Shown here in pieces: positions 1-12,192 of a stretch of DNA of 64,000 bases (position 1 is its first letter; each line of letters starts with the position of its first letter). The notes under the pieces were generated by a model. The model saw only the letters and a list, made by a program, of their open reading frames with translations. It ran no database searches and was not told the origin of the DNA. Source of the DNA: Bryobacterales bacterium (GTDB lineage Bacteria > Acidobacteriota > Terriglobia > Bryobacterales > UBA6623); the NCBI GenBank assembly GCA_965217195.1, contig CBDCHL010000005.1:180118-244117 (forward strand). Direction: 5' to 3'. Made by a program: the position numbers and the translations under genes.

Positions 1-830
1 AATATGACGCGTTAATGGCCATACAGGACGCCATCGACCTGGACAGCCAGATCTTCGCGGTCCATTCGCTGCTGACGACTTTCAAGAACACGGAGTTCAA
101 AGAATGGGCGAACTTCGTTGCGATGAACGCCTACAGCAAGAAAAACGACTTCGAGAACATGCTCCTCTACGGGGAACGGACCCTGGCCGCCAACCCGGAC
201 AACGCCGAAGTCCTGACCGCCTTGGCCTATGCCATTCCTACCCGTACTAAGCAATTTGACCTCGACAAAGACGCGAAACTGTCCAGGGCGGAGGACTTTG
301 CCCGCCGGGCATTGCGCCTTATCCCGACACTGGAAAAGAAAGACCCGAACGCCACGGACGAGCACTGGTTGTTGGTCAAACAGGAGCTAATGTCCCAGGC
401 GCATGATGCCCTCGGTTTGGTCGCATTCGTGCGTCAGGATTTCGCCGCCTCCCAACAGTCTTTCGAGCAATCTCTTCGAGTGGCCTCTACGCCAAGCGCC
501 CTGACGTTGTATCACTACGCCAACACCCTAGAGCAAAGCGGCCAGACTGACAAGGCGCTCGAGACGGTGGAGAAATCGATCGCGGCCGGCGGCGTCCCGG
601 TAGGCACAAAGGACTTAGCCAAATCCCTCAAGGCGGAAATCATCAAGGCCCGGGCCCGCGAAATGTTCAAGCCGAAACCCAAACCGAAACCGGCTCCGGC
701 TCCCGTACCCGCGGCGCATGCGCCGGCCGCGGAAGGGGCTCCGGAAGCCGCCGACGCGGAAGATGGCGAAGGAGAGGAAGACAGCGAAGGAGACGCGGAA
801 GAGGAAGAAGAAACCACCGGTCCCGCATAG
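1..830 (+). CDS. TPR-repeat protein with Pro/Ala linker and acidic C-terminal tail (5'-truncated by window edge)
   Basis: Frame is open back to base 3; TPR-like helices (AEDFARRALRL, DALGLVAF, LYHYANTLEQSG); tail EDGEGEEDSEGDAEEEEE. Confidence 0.75.
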   Translation, partial: YDALMAIQDAIDLDSQIFAVHSLLTTFKNTEFKEWANFVAMNAYSKKNDFENMLLYGERTLAANPDNAEVLTALAYAIPTRTKQFDLDKDAKLSRAEDFARRALRLIPTLEKKDPNATDEHWLLVKQELMSQAHDALGLVAFVRQDFAASQQSFEQSLRVASTPSALTLYHYANTLEQSGQTDKALETVEKSIAAGGVPVGTKDLAKSLKAEIIKARAREMFKPKPKPKPAPAPVPAAHAPAAEGAPEAADAEDGEGEEDSEGDAEEEEETTGPA

Positions 831-841
831 TCAGATCGAAC

Positions 842-902
842 CACCAAACCGAGCCGCGACTGTAAAGGGGCTGTGGAAAAACGTGCGCGGCTCGGTTTGG
901 TG
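842..902 (+). repeat. REP-like hairpin, 17-bp perfect inverted repeat; related copy at 58323-58356
   Basis: caccaaaccgagccgcg (842-858) / cgcggctcggtttggtg (886-902), immediately after the stop codon at 830. Confidence 0.6.
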
Positions 903-948
903 AGGCCCGCCGGCCGGAAACAGGCGCTGCCGCCGTTTTTCACGCTGC

Positions 949-1701
949 ATGCCGAAACCCTCGGAAGCTCTTGAGGCCGCTATCGGCCATCGCTTCGCTT
1001 CCCGGGGATTGCTTCGGCAAGCGCTCACACACCGCTCCTATACCTCCCAACCCCGACCTGCCGACGGTCACTATGAGCGGCTCGAATTCCTTGGAGATTC
1101 GATCCTAGGTTTCGTCGTCAGCGAACACTTGGTCGATCGCTTCCCCGAATCGCCCGAAGGGCAGCTCACCAAGCTCAAAGCCTTCTTGGTGTGCGCTCAG
1201 AATCTGGTCGCCGTTGCACGCCGGCTGGACCTGGGTGCTCACCTCGTTCTGGGACCCGGCGAAGAAGCAGCGGGCGGACGCAATAAGAAGGGACTACTCG
1301 AAGATTCGCTCGAGGCTCTGATCGCCGCCGTCTACCTCGACGGGGGAATCGAGGCGGCAAGAGCCTTCGTCCGGCGGGTCATCCTCAACAACGACGCCTT
1401 GGAGGCAGCCGAAGAGAACCTCCCCCTCGACAATTTCAAATCGGCCCTACAGGAATACCTGCAAGGCCGGAAACTGCCCGCCCCGCAATATCGGGTCGTC
1501 GAGGAAAGCGGCCCCGCTCATCGCAGGACTTTCACCATTCAGGTCGGCATCGGTGAGTTAGTCTGCGAACGAGCACGCGGTGCCTCAAAGAAATCGGCCG
1601 GCCAGGAAGCTGCAAGATTGGCGTTCGATCGAATCCGCGAGGTTGTCCCCGAGGACTCCGCGGCAAATGACAGCGAAACCGGCGAGCGCGCGCCTGCGTA
1701 A
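949..1701 (+). CDS. rnc: Ribonuclease III
   Basis: ERLEFLGDSILG signature, ALTHRS, dsRBD (FKSALQEYLQ...GPAHRRTF...GASKKSAGQEAA). Confidence 0.97.
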   Translation: MPKPSEALEAAIGHRFASRGLLRQALTHRSYTSQPRPADGHYERLEFLGDSILGFVVSEHLVDRFPESPEGQLTKLKAFLVCAQNLVAVARRLDLGAHLVLGPGEEAAGGRNKKGLLEDSLEALIAAVYLDGGIEAARAFVRRVILNNDALEAAEENLPLDNFKSALQEYLQGRKLPAPQYRVVEESGPAHRRTFTIQVGIGELVCERARGASKKSAGQEAARLAFDRIREVVPEDSAANDSETGERAPA

Positions 1702-1747
1702 AACGAAGGTGGCGTCCCAAGAGTTCCGCGGCCACCGGACTAGGGTG

Positions 1748-2320
1748 ATGGCGATCCAGCCAATGAAATGGCTTCTCGTCGCGCCGGTTGCGGCGCTCGC
1801 CGCGGCGACCCTTTCGCCTCACGCCGGCCGCGCGGCGGCCGAAAAGTTTCACCGCATCGTTGACGAACAGTTGCACCCGAACGAAGTCCTCACGTTCACC
1901 GAATACGAAGTCAATTCGTTCTTTGCCTACGAACCACCACCGGGAATCCCGGACGGAATCAGCAACGTTCGTGTACGAATCCTTGAAGATCGCGGCGTTG
2001 TCGATGCCGATGTCGATTTGCAAAGATTGCAAGCGGCCGGCGGATCCGAACCCAGCCTTCTAATCCGCTTCCTATTGCGGGGCGAACGCCATGTTCGGGC
2101 TCATGTTAGCTTCACGTCCGCGGACGGTATCGGCGTCGCCGATGCCGAATCGATCGACATTGATGAAACCATCTTGCGCGGCTGGATCCTCGATTGGCTG
2201 CTGGAGCAGTACGTCACTCCGCGGGTTCCTGAATTCAAACCGGGGGAGCCATTCGCCCTGCCGAGCAATCTCAAAGAAATCCGCCTCGAGGAGGGTCAGG
2301 CGGTGGTTGAGGGATTCTGA
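1748..2320 (+). CDS. Hypothetical exported protein
   Basis: Signal-peptide-like N-terminus MKWLLVAPVAALAAA; coding-like ORF directly after rnc; start uncertain (1748 or 1763). Confidence 0.65.
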   Translation: MAIQPMKWLLVAPVAALAAATLSPHAGRAAAEKFHRIVDEQLHPNEVLTFTEYEVNSFFAYEPPPGIPDGISNVRVRILEDRGVVDADVDLQRLQAAGGSEPSLLIRFLLRGERHVRAHVSFTSADGIGVADAESIDIDETILRGWILDWLLEQYVTPRVPEFKPGEPFALPSNLKEIRLEEGQAVVEGF

Positions 2321-2337
2321 GCGAAACGCCGGCCCCC

Positions 2338-3390
2338 TCATTCCAGGGCAAATCGCGTCGACTGTCGTTCGTGATGCCGCTCGATCGCCAGCTCGATCAG
2401 TCGGTCAAGCACTTCGCTGTAACCCAGCCCGGTCGCTTCCCACAACTTGGGGTACATGCTGATTGAGGTAAAACCGGGCATCGTGTTTACCTCGCTGAGT
2501 AATAGTTTCCCGCCGGCGTTCTCGAGAAAAAAATCGACGCGCGCAAGGCCGCTTGCGTCGACCGCTTGGAACGCCGCCACTGCCAGACGTTGTACCTCTT
2601 CCATCTGCTCATCGCTGAGAGGGGCGGGGATCAGAAGCTCGGCATCATCGGCAATATACTTCGCCTCATAGTCATAGAATTCCTTGGCGGGTACGACTTC
2701 GCCCGGCACGGAAGCTTCCGGATCGTCGTTCCCCAACACGGCACATTCGATTTCGCGCCCATCGATGGCGGGCTCGACGATGATCTTGCGGTCGTACGAT
2801 GCGGCAAGGTCGAGGGCCCGCCGCAATTCCTCGCGATCACCGGCCTTTGAGATGCCGACGGAAGATCCCAGATTTGCCGGCTTTACGAAAACCGGGTAAC
2901 CGAACCGCTCTTCGATCTCAGCAATCCGGTCGTGGCGCCCGGGCCGCAACAACGCCAAATGACCAACCGTCGGCAAACCTCGCTCGCGGAACAGACGTTT
3001 CATGACGTCCTTGTCCATACCGACGGCCGAACCCAGCACACCCGCGCCGACATAGGCGACGTCGGCCAGTTCCAACAGCCCTTGCACAGTTCCGTCTTCT
3101 CCGAACGTACCGTGCAAGACCGGGAACACAACGTCGACACCCTGACCGGAACCGGGCTCGTAGGAAAGCGTCACTGTATTTTCCGTGGCCAGGCCTTCGT
3201 GGGACTCGGCCGGCAATATCGCAGCCGAATCAGTGGGTGAGAGGAAGCGACCCTCCTTCGTAACGGCAACCGGGACAACGTCGTACTTGCTGCGATCGAG
3301 CGACCCAATAACTGACGCCGCCGAGCGGATCGAGACCTCGTGCTCGCCTGAGCGCCCGCCAAACAAGACCACGATGCGTTTCTTTTTCAT
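2338..3390 (-). CDS. ddl: D-alanine--D-alanine ligase
   Basis: [49 protein letters not shown]. Confidence 0.97.
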   Translation of the reverse strand: MKKKRIVVLFGGRSGEHEVSIRSAASVIGSLDRSKYDVVPVAVTKEGRFLSPTDSAAILPAESHEGLATENTVTLSYEPGSGQGVDVVFPVLHGTFGEDGTVQGLLELADVAYVGAGVLGSAVGMDKDVMKRLFRERGLPTVGHLALLRPGRHDRIAEIEERFGYPVFVKPANLGSSVGISKAGDREELRRALDLAASYDRKIIVEPAIDGREIECAVLGNDDPEASVPGEVVPAKEFYDYEAKYIADDAELLIPAPLSDEQMEEVQRLAVAAFQAVDASGLARVDFFLENAGGKLLLSEVNTMPGFTSISMYPKLWEATGLGYSEVLDRLIELAIERHHERQSTRFALE

Positions 3391-3449
3391 GACGGGAAGG
3401 GGCAAGGCCGTGAACACGCATTAGGGCGGGCCTCCCGGCCCACCAAGCT

Positions 3450-4763
3450 TCACGGCCGCATTCGATACAACATTCGGGGAAAGGCAATCGTTTCTCGTAC
3501 GTGCTCCAAACCGCATATCCATGCGACGCAGCGCTCAATGCCCATTCCGAAGCCACCGTGCGGAACCGAGCCGTACTTTCTCAAATCCAGATACCATTCG
3601 AAGGTCTCGCGGGAGAGCTGGTGCTCGTTGAGCCTTTCGAGGAGCAAATCGTAATCGTGAATCCGCTGCCCGCCGCCAACGATCTCACCGTATCCCTCCG
3701 GCGCCAATACGTCCACACCCAGCGCCAGCTCGGGTCGCTCGGCGTCGGGCTGCATATAGAACGCCTTGATCGCCGTCGGAAAGCGATGCACTATGACGGG
3801 CCGATCAAAATCTTCCGCAATCAAAGTTTCGTCAGTGCCGCCGAAATCGCCGCCCCATTCGATGGCGCTTCCCTTCCCCTTCAGTTTTTCGACGGCGTCG
3901 TCATAGCTGATGCGCGGAAACGGCTTCCGGATGCTCTCGAGCTTCGAAACATCCCGTTCGAGCGCGTGTAGCTCCCGAGAGCGGTTTTCGAGCACCCGTC
4001 CCACCAGAAAAACGATCAAGTCTTCGGCCGTGTCCATCACGTCATCGATATCGGCGTAGGCCATCTCAGGCTCGACCATCCAAAACTCGGTCAAGTGGCG
4101 GCGGGTTTTCGATTTCTCCGCGCGAAAAGTCGGGCCGAAGCAATACGTCTTCCCGAAGGCCACGGCGGTGGCTTCGCTGTATAGCTGGCCCGACTGCGCC
4201 AAATAAGCGGTCTCGTCTTCGAAGTAGGGCACTTCAAAAAGAGTTGTCGTGCCTTCGCAGGCCGCCGGCGTGAGAATCGGAGTGTCCACCAGCGTGAAGC
4301 CGTTGTCGTCGAGGAAATCCCGCGCCGCTCGAATCACTTCGTGCCGAATGCGCAGTACTGCGTGCTGGCGCCGGCTGCGCAGCCACAAGTGGCGTCGATC
4401 CATCAGAAATTCCACGCCGTGTTCTTTCGGCGTGATAGGAAAAGGATCGTCGGCGGCGACCTGCTGCACAACTTCCAGGTCTTCGACCTCGATCTCGTAG
4501 CCGCCCGGCGCACGCTCCTCCGCGCGCACTCGGCCGCGCAGCCGCACGCTGGACTCGTGCGTCAAATGCCGGCAGCGGTCAAAAAGTTCCTCGGGCACCG
4601 ACGCTTTGACCACGACCGCCTGCAAGAAACCCGTGCCGTCACGAAACACAGGAAACAGCAATTTGCCCGACCGCCGCAGATTGTACAACCAGGCTTCCAG
4701 CCGCACGCTTTGGCCGGCGAACTCTCCGATACGGTCAATCGTGACGCGGGGAGCGTCGTCCAT
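3450..4763 (-). CDS. asnS: Asparagine--tRNA ligase
   Basis: OB-fold N-terminus, [47 protein letters not shown]; start overlaps the upstream TGA. Confidence 0.96.
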   Translation of the reverse strand: MDDAPRVTIDRIGEFAGQSVRLEAWLYNLRRSGKLLFPVFRDGTGFLQAVVVKASVPEELFDRCRHLTHESSVRLRGRVRAEERAPGGYEIEVEDLEVVQQVAADDPFPITPKEHGVEFLMDRRHLWLRSRRQHAVLRIRHEVIRAARDFLDDNGFTLVDTPILTPAACEGTTTLFEVPYFEDETAYLAQSGQLYSEATAVAFGKTYCFGPTFRAEKSKTRRHLTEFWMVEPEMAYADIDDVMDTAEDLIVFLVGRVLENRSRELHALERDVSKLESIRKPFPRISYDDAVEKLKGKGSAIEWGGDFGGTDETLIAEDFDRPVIVHRFPTAIKAFYMQPDAERPELALGVDVLAPEGYGEIVGGGQRIHDYDLLLERLNEHQLSRETFEWYLDLRKYGSVPHGGFGMGIERCVAWICGLEHVRETIAFPRMLYRMRP

Positions 4764-5593
4764 CACAGACTCTCCAGTTGCTCGAACGACGCAACGGCGT
4801 CCTGGAGGGGGTCGTCTCTCTCGTCGTCGCCCCGCAACTCCAAAACCCAGGGCAAGTCGTCTCCGTGAGAGTCCAGCATTTCTTTCATCGGAACCCAAGG
4901 GATTGATCCGTTTTCACCGAGCGGCGGAAAGCGATGATTGTCCTCAATTCCGTCGTTGTCATGGATGTGCGTGGACCGGATGCGGCCGCCCATTAGCCGC
5001 AGCTCGCTTTCCCAATCTCCGGTTAGGTGAGCGTGCCCCGCATCGAAGCAAAAATTCAAGGGCAGATGGGTGATCGCGACGAAGAGATTCAGCCGCTCGG
5101 CCCGCGAAAACGCATTGGGGATATTCTCGACAAGAATTTCGACTCCTAATTGCGAGGCGAAGACACGCAACTCATCCAGCGAGTTGAAAGCGGCTTCCAT
5201 CTTGGCGTCGTCATACTCTTCCTCGGGCATGCCGATGTGCTGAATCAAGTAACGAAAGGGAATCGAATCAGCGATTTCCAGCGCCCGCTTGATCTCATCG
5301 GTCGCGGCGATCCGTTTGGCCTTCGAGGTCTCCGTCAGCGAAACAATCGCATGCGGTCCGCTGCGTCCCCAGATGTCGTCACTGAAAACCGGTGCGTGCA
5401 GAGAATGCAGTTGTAGATCCGTGTCACGGAACCAATGCCGCAATTCATCCATCTGAGCGCGATTGTGGTAATCGAGGTGCTGGCGAGCGCAGAATATCTC
5501 GATCTGTTCGATGCCTCTGCGAAGAATACGATCCAGCAGGGCGACGGTCAGGCGTTGTTCGGCGAAGAGATAAGTGGAGAGTACTCGTCGCAT
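4763..5593 (-). CDS. Sugar phosphate isomerase/epimerase (xylose-isomerase-like TIM barrel)
   Basis: [25 protein letters not shown] metal-binding motifs. Confidence 0.85.
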   Translation of the reverse strand: MRRVLSTYLFAEQRLTVALLDRILRRGIEQIEIFCARQHLDYHNRAQMDELRHWFRDTDLQLHSLHAPVFSDDIWGRSGPHAIVSLTETSKAKRIAATDEIKRALEIADSIPFRYLIQHIGMPEEEYDDAKMEAAFNSLDELRVFASQLGVEILVENIPNAFSRAERLNLFVAITHLPLNFCFDAGHAHLTGDWESELRLMGGRIRSTHIHDNDGIEDNHRFPPLGENGSIPWVPMKEMLDSHGDDLPWVLELRGDDERDDPLQDAVASFEQLESL

Positions 5594-5887
5594 GAAACAA
5601 CTCCCGCGCCGGAAGCGATCCGTTGAACACCCCGCCGCGGACAGTCATTGATTCTACCTGAAACCGGGCGCCTCGGAATCCGGCTTCCCCGCTCCCGCCG
5701 ACGCGCGTTGCTAATGAAACGCCGAGTCGTAATCAGGCGGAGAACGTTATAATCTTCAAGACCACCGCCGCGCGCCAGGCGACCACACCTTTTCCAATGA
5801 AGCCCTTGCCAAAATCGAGCACCACTTCGCCGCGCTGAAACCCTCCTTGAAGGTGCAATTCCCGACTTTTCACGAATAGGAAGACCG

Positions 5888-6304
5888 ATGGCCGAGCTGA
5901 AGACCAAACCAACCACAGCAAGCGTCAAAAAGTTCATCGATTCCATCGAGGACGAGAAACGGCGCAAGGACAGCCGTGCCGTCCTGGCGATGATGAAAGA
6001 GATCACGGGAGAGCGGCCCAAGATGTGGGGCCCCAGCATAGTGGGTTTTGGCAGCTATCACTACAAGTACGCGACCGGCCGCGAAGGGGACTTCCCCGTG
6101 ACCGGCTTTTCTCCCCGCAAGCAGGCATTGACGCTCTACATCATGACCGGCTTCGAGAAACACGAAGCCCTGATGAAAAAACTGGGCAAGTATAAGACCG
6201 GCAAGTCTTGCCTCTACGTCAAAAAGCTTGAGGATGTGGACGAGGCGACGCTCCGCAAACTGATCGCTCGCGCGGCGAAGAAAAACGCTCAAATGGGCGC
6301 TTGA
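5888..6304 (+). CDS. DUF1801 (YdhG-like) protein
   Basis: MWGPSIVGFGSYHYKY..GREG, GFSPRK, LGKYKTGKSCLY. Confidence 0.88.
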   Translation: MAELKTKPTTASVKKFIDSIEDEKRRKDSRAVLAMMKEITGERPKMWGPSIVGFGSYHYKYATGREGDFPVTGFSPRKQALTLYIMTGFEKHEALMKKLGKYKTGKSCLYVKKLEDVDEATLRKLIARAAKKNAQMGA

Positions 6305-6611
6305 CCCGTTCGGGTAATCCATAGGAACTACTTTGTTCAGCAGCTATGCTACCGGCGCAAGAGCACTAGAGCGGAAGGCGCTGTACGCAACCGCGTACGG
6401 CGAGGATCGCCGGACCTCCCCGCTCGCGGCCACGAATCCGTCGTGCGCTCGTATTTGCAAGTGAGTCTTGTTCGTGCCAACCGCCGGCGGCGAACGGCCC
6501 TTTCGACGCCCTCGACCCCGCTTGCATACAGGTCGAACAACCGGCAGTCGAGGCCGGCTTCCGCCGACTTCAATGGAAATGTCATAATCGTGAATGCCTA
6601 TTCGGGAGTGC

Positions 6612-8090
6612 ATGCCGCGTCTGCTTGTATTCCTTCTCTTCATAAGCTTGCCTTTGCAGGCCGATGAAGCAGCCGATCTCGAAGAGCCCCTCCTCAAGTT
6701 CGTCGACGTCTTTAACGTTGTCGACCGCGAGCTGGCGGATACTTTTGACGCTTCCGACGCCATCTATCATGGGGCCTTGCCGGGGATGGTCCGGACCCTC
6801 GATCCCCATTCGGCGTTCCTAGACTCCGATCAATTCGAGTCGCTGCAGGAGATGCAGCGATCCACTGAAAAGGGCTTCGGCAGCGTAGTTAATCTTCTTC
6901 CCGGCCGCGTGATCGTCTTGCAGACGCTGCCGGGCAGCCCCTCGGAGCGCTCCGGTCTTTTGGCGGGCGACGAAATTGTCGCCGTCAATGGATATCAACT
7001 CGCCTACTTGGGCATCCAGCAACTTGTGGCACTGCTCGGCCAATCGCGCCGGGCGCGCGCTGAACTAATGGTCAAGCGATCGTCGTTTCCCAAGTTGCTC
7101 CCGATGGCGCTTGTTCCGGCGGAGCTTGCGGACCCCAGTGTCACGCGCGCCTTTCTATTAGAGGACGGTATTGGGCACGTCAAGGTCGGCAATTTCGAGC
7201 AGCACACCGCACGCGAGCTGCGCGATGCGATTGAGCTATTGGGCGGGCGAAGCTTGCGTGGTCTGGTTCTTGACATGCGGGGCAACCCAGGCGGCGTCAT
7301 TGAAGCCGCCGTGCAAGCCGCTTCCTTCTTTCTCGAAAGCGGGCAGAGAATTCTTTGGATCGAGGGCCGTGACGGGCCGCAAGAAGACTTACGCGTCCCC
7401 GACGGCGCCGACCCCTACAAGTTCCCCGTCGCGATTTTGATCGACGCGAAAACCGCCAGTGCGGCCGAGCTGGTGACAGCCGCGTTGCAGGATAACGACC
7501 GCGCGGTCGTCCTGGGGGAGTCAAGTTTCGGAAAGGGGATCATCCAAAGCGTATTTTCACTCGCCGAGGGTACCGCGCTTGCGCTGACCACGGCACAGTA
7601 TCTGACTCCGGATCGAAAAGTCATCCAACGCCCCCTTGGTGACTGCAAGTTGTTCGAGCTCGTGAAATGTCCGGAGGATTCCGAAGATGATGCGCCCCCC
7701 GAGCCCCCGCGAGGCGGCATCGAACCCGACGAAACCGTCCTGCCCCGCGGCTACACGGATCTCGAAGCGGTCATCGAAGCGACCAATTCCTTCTTCGATT
7801 TCGCCCAAAAGTATTTCGACGTTCACCGAGACATCAATGAAGACTTCACCGTCTCACCCCAAATGCTCGACGGCTTTCAGTTGTTTCTCTCCGAACGTCG
7901 CATTCGCCCCGCGCTTTCCGAATGGTCGGTCACCCTCGAGTTCATTCGCAGTCGCCTCAAGCAGGAAGTGTTCAATCTAGCCCTTGGCGTCGACAAAGGC
8001 GATGAGATTGAGGTCGCGAGAGATCCGCAGGTCTTGGCGGGCGTGCGGCACATCAAGGACAAGGCGTTCTTCATCGAACTCAGCCCTTGA
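6612..8090 (+). CDS. S41 family carboxy-terminal processing protease (PDZ)
   Basis: LDPHS, PDZ (GSPSERSGLLAGDEIVAVNG), LDMRGNPGG, TASAAE, SFGKG; gggag SD before ATG 6612. Confidence 0.93.
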   Translation: MPRLLVFLLFISLPLQADEAADLEEPLLKFVDVFNVVDRELADTFDASDAIYHGALPGMVRTLDPHSAFLDSDQFESLQEMQRSTEKGFGSVVNLLPGRVIVLQTLPGSPSERSGLLAGDEIVAVNGYQLAYLGIQQLVALLGQSRRARAELMVKRSSFPKLLPMALVPAELADPSVTRAFLLEDGIGHVKVGNFEQHTARELRDAIELLGGRSLRGLVLDMRGNPGGVIEAAVQAASFFLESGQRILWIEGRDGPQEDLRVPDGADPYKFPVAILIDAKTASAAELVTAALQDNDRAVVLGESSFGKGIIQSVFSLAEGTALALTTAQYLTPDRKVIQRPLGDCKLFELVKCPEDSEDDAPPEPPRGGIEPDETVLPRGYTDLEAVIEATNSFFDFAQKYFDVHRDINEDFTVSPQMLDGFQLFLSERRIRPALSEWSVTLEFIRSRLKQEVFNLALGVDKGDEIEVARDPQVLAGVRHIKDKAFFIELSP

Positions 8091-8169
8091 AAAACCGACC
8101 GTAAACCAGTTGAATCACGACGGCGTTTTCCCGCCGCCGGCCCCGACAACTCGCTAAACTATCACTCCA

Positions 8170-10412
8170 ATGATCGGATCGACCATTGCCCACTACAAAA
8201 TCCTCGCCAAGCTCGGCGAGGGCGGCATGGGCGTGGTCTACAAAGCCGAGGACACCAAATCTTGATCGCACGGTCGCCCTGAAATTCCTCGCGCCCCATC
8301 TCGTATCCAACGAGGATCACCGCAAACGCTTCGTTCGCGAGGCAAAAGCGGCGGCGGCCCTCAGCCACCCCAATATCTGCACGGTCTACGAGATTGGGGA
8401 AGCCGCGGGCCGCATCTACATCGCGATGGCGTATTTGGAGGGGCAAGAGCTTTCCGACATCATCGGCGGCGGCACTATGGAAACCGATCAAGCCGCCGAT
8501 CTCGCGGTGCAATTTGCCGACGGACTGGCCGAGGCCCACTCCAAAGGCGTCGTCCACCGCGACATCAAACCGGCCAACCTGTTCGTCACGTCCCAACGAC
8601 GCGGCGTCATTCTCGATTTCGGCCTGGCGCAACTGGCCTCGTCTGATTCCAGGCTGACCCGCGAGGGAACCACTCTCGGAACCTGCGCCTACATGTCGCC
8701 CGAGCAGGGAGAGCGGTGTGCCGATAGACGCCCGCACCGATGTCTGGGCGCTTGGCTGCGTGCTCTATGAAAATGCTGGCGGGCGAGCCGCCCTTCCACG
8801 GTCACTATGAACAAGCGATCATCTACTCGATCTTGAACGAAGAACCCGAGCCGCTCAAAGCGTCAGCGGGGGGTCTCGCGAGCGTTGTGGGTAGATGCCT
8901 CGCGAAGAAAGCCGAAGACCGTTACCGTGACGGCAGTGGATTGCTCGCGGCCCTACGAGCGGCTCGCGAATCAGCCGTAGTGAGCAAACCCTCGTCCTCA
9001 GGCAAACAATCAGCGCCCCGGCCTTCGATCGTAGTGTTGCCGTTCCAAAACCGCGGCCGCGACGAAGAGGACGAATACTTCTCCGACGGCGTCGCCGAAG
9101 ACATCATCTCGACGTTGGGGAACGTCGAAGGTCTACGAGTCATTCCCCGCGCCTCGGCGTTTCACTTTAAGGGGAAACGTCCCAGCCTGGCTGAGCTTGT
9201 CAGCTTGCTGAACGTCAGTCATGCCCTCGAGGGCAGCGTTCGACGCGCCGGGAATCGCCTACGAATCACCGTCGAACTCATCGAAACGGCTGACGGCGAA
9301 CAGATCTGGACCCAACCTTACGACCGCGTCATGGAAGACATCTTCGACGTGCAAGACGAAATCTCGCGGGCCGTTGCCGATGCCTTGAAGGTCAAGCTGC
9401 TTGGGGAAAGCGCGGCAAGTCCCGCTCGCCGCGGCACAGCCGACGTCGAGGCCTATAACTTGGTCCTGAAGGGCCGTCACCTGGCAAGTCTCTATCGCCG
9501 CGGTTCGCTCGATCAGAGTCTCAAGTGTTATGAGGAAGCCATTCGCCGCGACCCCGAATTTGCGGCGGCGCACGCTTACAAAGCGGAGAATTATCTGATC
9601 CGCGCGGCGCTCGCATGGGACAGACCCCACGACGTGATGCCCAAGATGAAGCAGGCTGCAACGCCAGCGCTCGCCCTGGACGACCAAGCCGCAGAGGGGC
9701 ATCTTGCGCTCGGCATCTACCTCCTTTATTACGAGTGGGATTGCGAAGGCTTCGAGCGCGAAATCCGAAGAACTATGGAACTAGACCCCGCCGGCACAGC
9801 CGCGGCCCGTTACCTGGGTGAGATGTTGGTATGGTGTCGTCCCTCGCGTGTTCAAGAGGCCAGAGAGCTTCTCGAGCAGGCCGTCGCGCGCAACCCTCTC
9901 GATCTACAGTGCGCCCGAATTCTTGTTCAGGCCGACCAAGTGGAAGGGCGGTTTCAATCAGCTCACGAGCGACAACGAGCAGTTTTGGAACTGAACCCGG
10001 ACTTTAACCCGATCTACTACCAAATCGCATCCACTTACGCGGCGCAAGGGAAGATGGCTGAAGCCGCGGAGGCCTGCGAAAAGGCCCTGACCATTAGTCC
10101 GGGGACGGCCTGTTGCAGACCGTTCTTGGCATGGTCTACGCCTTGGGCGGGCGGCAAGAGAAAGCAATCGCAGTCGTCGAAGAACTGGAGAAAAGACGGC
10201 AAGAAGGGTATGCCGCCCCATCCCACATCGGGTCAATCCGCGGAGCCCTGGGAGAGTACGACCAAGCTTTCGAATGGTTCGATAAAGCGGTTGAGGAACG
10301 AGACTCGACGTTGGCCTACATCACATGGCTGAAGCTGTACAAAGGGCTCGAACCTCTGCTTTCGGACACGCGCTTTCAGCGCATGCTTCGCACCATCGGA
10401 ATGGAATACTGA
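8170..10412 (+). pseudogene. Hanks-type Ser/Thr kinase + TolB-N-like + TPR protein, broken by four frameshifts
   Basis: [28 protein letters not shown] (frame 1); HRDIKPAN, DFGLA, GTCAYMSPE (frame 2); DARTDVWALGCVLYE (frame 3); SIVVLPF...EYFSDG (frame 1); final TPR segment in frame 3; shifts near 8260, 8710, 8771 and 10103. Confidence 0.85.
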
Positions 10413-11099
10413 TCGACTCCGCTGTTCGAACCCGCGGCGGTGAGTATTCAATACCCCCAGAGGGCTTGACTGAAATTTGAAGTGAGCCGGGGGTTTCGCT
10501 CGGCGTCACCCCGGGCCGCGATTCCGGCCGCCGGTCGGCGCTTCGGCTTAACTTCCGAAAGCGTCCATGCCGGCTACCAAGGCTCTCCGAAACTCAGGCC
10601 CGCGTCATAGCGAATCAGGAAATTTTCAGCGGACGCCACGACGCCGGCTCGCTTGGCGAAAACCTTTTGGGCTCCTTCTTGTCCAAGAGCCCTCACTATC
10701 GGCGAGGCTTTGTCAAACTCCGCGTAGTTGTCGGCCATGAGCAGGAACACCCAATCCTCGGAGTTTCCACCAAAGACCCTTTGATGGCCCATCACATGCT
10801 TGGCGCCGGCCTTTGTTAGCGCCGGAAGAATTTCATCCTTCACCCAACGCTCATATTCCACTTGCTTGCCCGGTACAATCGAGCTGACGATAACGAGGGC
10901 CATCTTGGGCGGGTCGGGATCCTCGGGAGTGATGCTTACATCGGGTCGGGTCCTAACGGCGTAGACACGGCGGGAAGCAACGCATTTGAAGATCCTCGAC
11001 AGCAGGCTTGAAAGTTCCTGAGGTTCCAAAACCCTCGCAAGCGCGGAGTCCCCGTCCAATGCGGCGAAATTCTTCAATGGAGTAATGCTTGTGTACCTA

Positions 11100-12192
11100 C
11101 TGAGTCTCGCATAATATACTGTCAATCGAGACAAAGAGAAGACTGTTTCCAGAAAGCGGTAATCAAGCGCGGTTTGCGGCGCATTCGCCGCAGCGCTTTG
11201 CGGGCGCGCTCGTCGAGTTCCCAGTAGTCCTTCGGGCAGACGTTGGGCAACTCGTGCTGCTTCCAGTACGCCCAAATGTATTCCACCGGGTTCAACTCCG
11301 GCGCATAGGGCGGCAAGTACTCCGTTGCGATGTGATCCTCGGAGAGCTGGATGAACTCCCGCACCAGGCGGCTGCGGTGCGCCGGCAGCCGGTCCCAGAC
11401 GATCAGCAGTGGGCCGTCGATGTGGCGCGCCAAAGCCTTCAGGAAGTCGATGACCTCCAGCTCGCCGATCGCGCCGGGATAGAGCCGGAAGTAAAAGTTG
11501 CGCAACGTCAGCCCGGCCGACACCGACAGCTTGTCCCAGTTGAAGTTGAACTCCAACACCGGTGTCTCGCCGCGCGGCGCCCAGGTGCGGCAACGATGCG
11601 GCTTCTGACTCAATCCGCTTTCGTCGATGAAGACGATCGTACGTTCTTCTTTGCGGGCTTTTTTTTAATGGCCGGCCAAGTCTTGCGCTGCCAGCCGCGG
11701 ATGGCCTCTTCGTTGCGCTCCCGCGCTTTGCCGACGGGCCGTTGCGGGCTCCAACCGAGCGCCCGCAGGATCTTCCAGACATGGCCCTCGTGATAGCGCA
11801 CGCCGAACTCGTCTCCGATCAGACGAGCGACCCGCGGACAGCTCCACAGCGGCGTCGGGAAGCCGTGCGCCTCGGGGCCTTCCAGCAGCAACGCCTCGAG
11901 GCGTTCGAGCTGCGCGGCGTCCAACAGCGGCTTACGGCCGGCGCGGCCGGCCTGGCGCAACCCGGCTTCGCCGTCACGCCGGTATCGTCGCAGCCACTCG
12001 CTGACGCTTTGCCGCGCGACCTTCAATCGCCTCGCTGTCTCGGACTGACTACAGCCTTGCTCGACCAACCGGATCGCTTTGAAACGGCGCTTCTCCAGGG
12101 CCTCGAAATCCCGCCGTACGCCTTTTGTATTTCCCATACATACAAAGACGTACGTACCCCAAAAAGGTGTCACTTTATTTTGCGAGATTCAA
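11100..12192 (-). mobile_element. Complete IS630-family insertion sequence (1093 bp)
   Basis: TA duplication at 11098-11099 and 12193-12194; imperfect TIRs ctgagtctcgcataatatactgtca / tgtcactttattttgcgagattcaa; transposase inside. Confidence 0.95.
11122..12137 (-). CDS. IS630 transposase, orfA (11610-12137) + orfB fused by -1 frameshift
   Basis: HTH orfA; A8G slippery run at 11658-11666; the -1 frame gives IVFIDESG, LIVWDRL and YAPELNPVE (DDE triad). Confidence 0.92.

Noticed and set aside
10574-11782. 402-aa ORF as a real gene
   Set aside because: Chimera of an off-frame IS630 sequence and the 3' half of the interrupted gene
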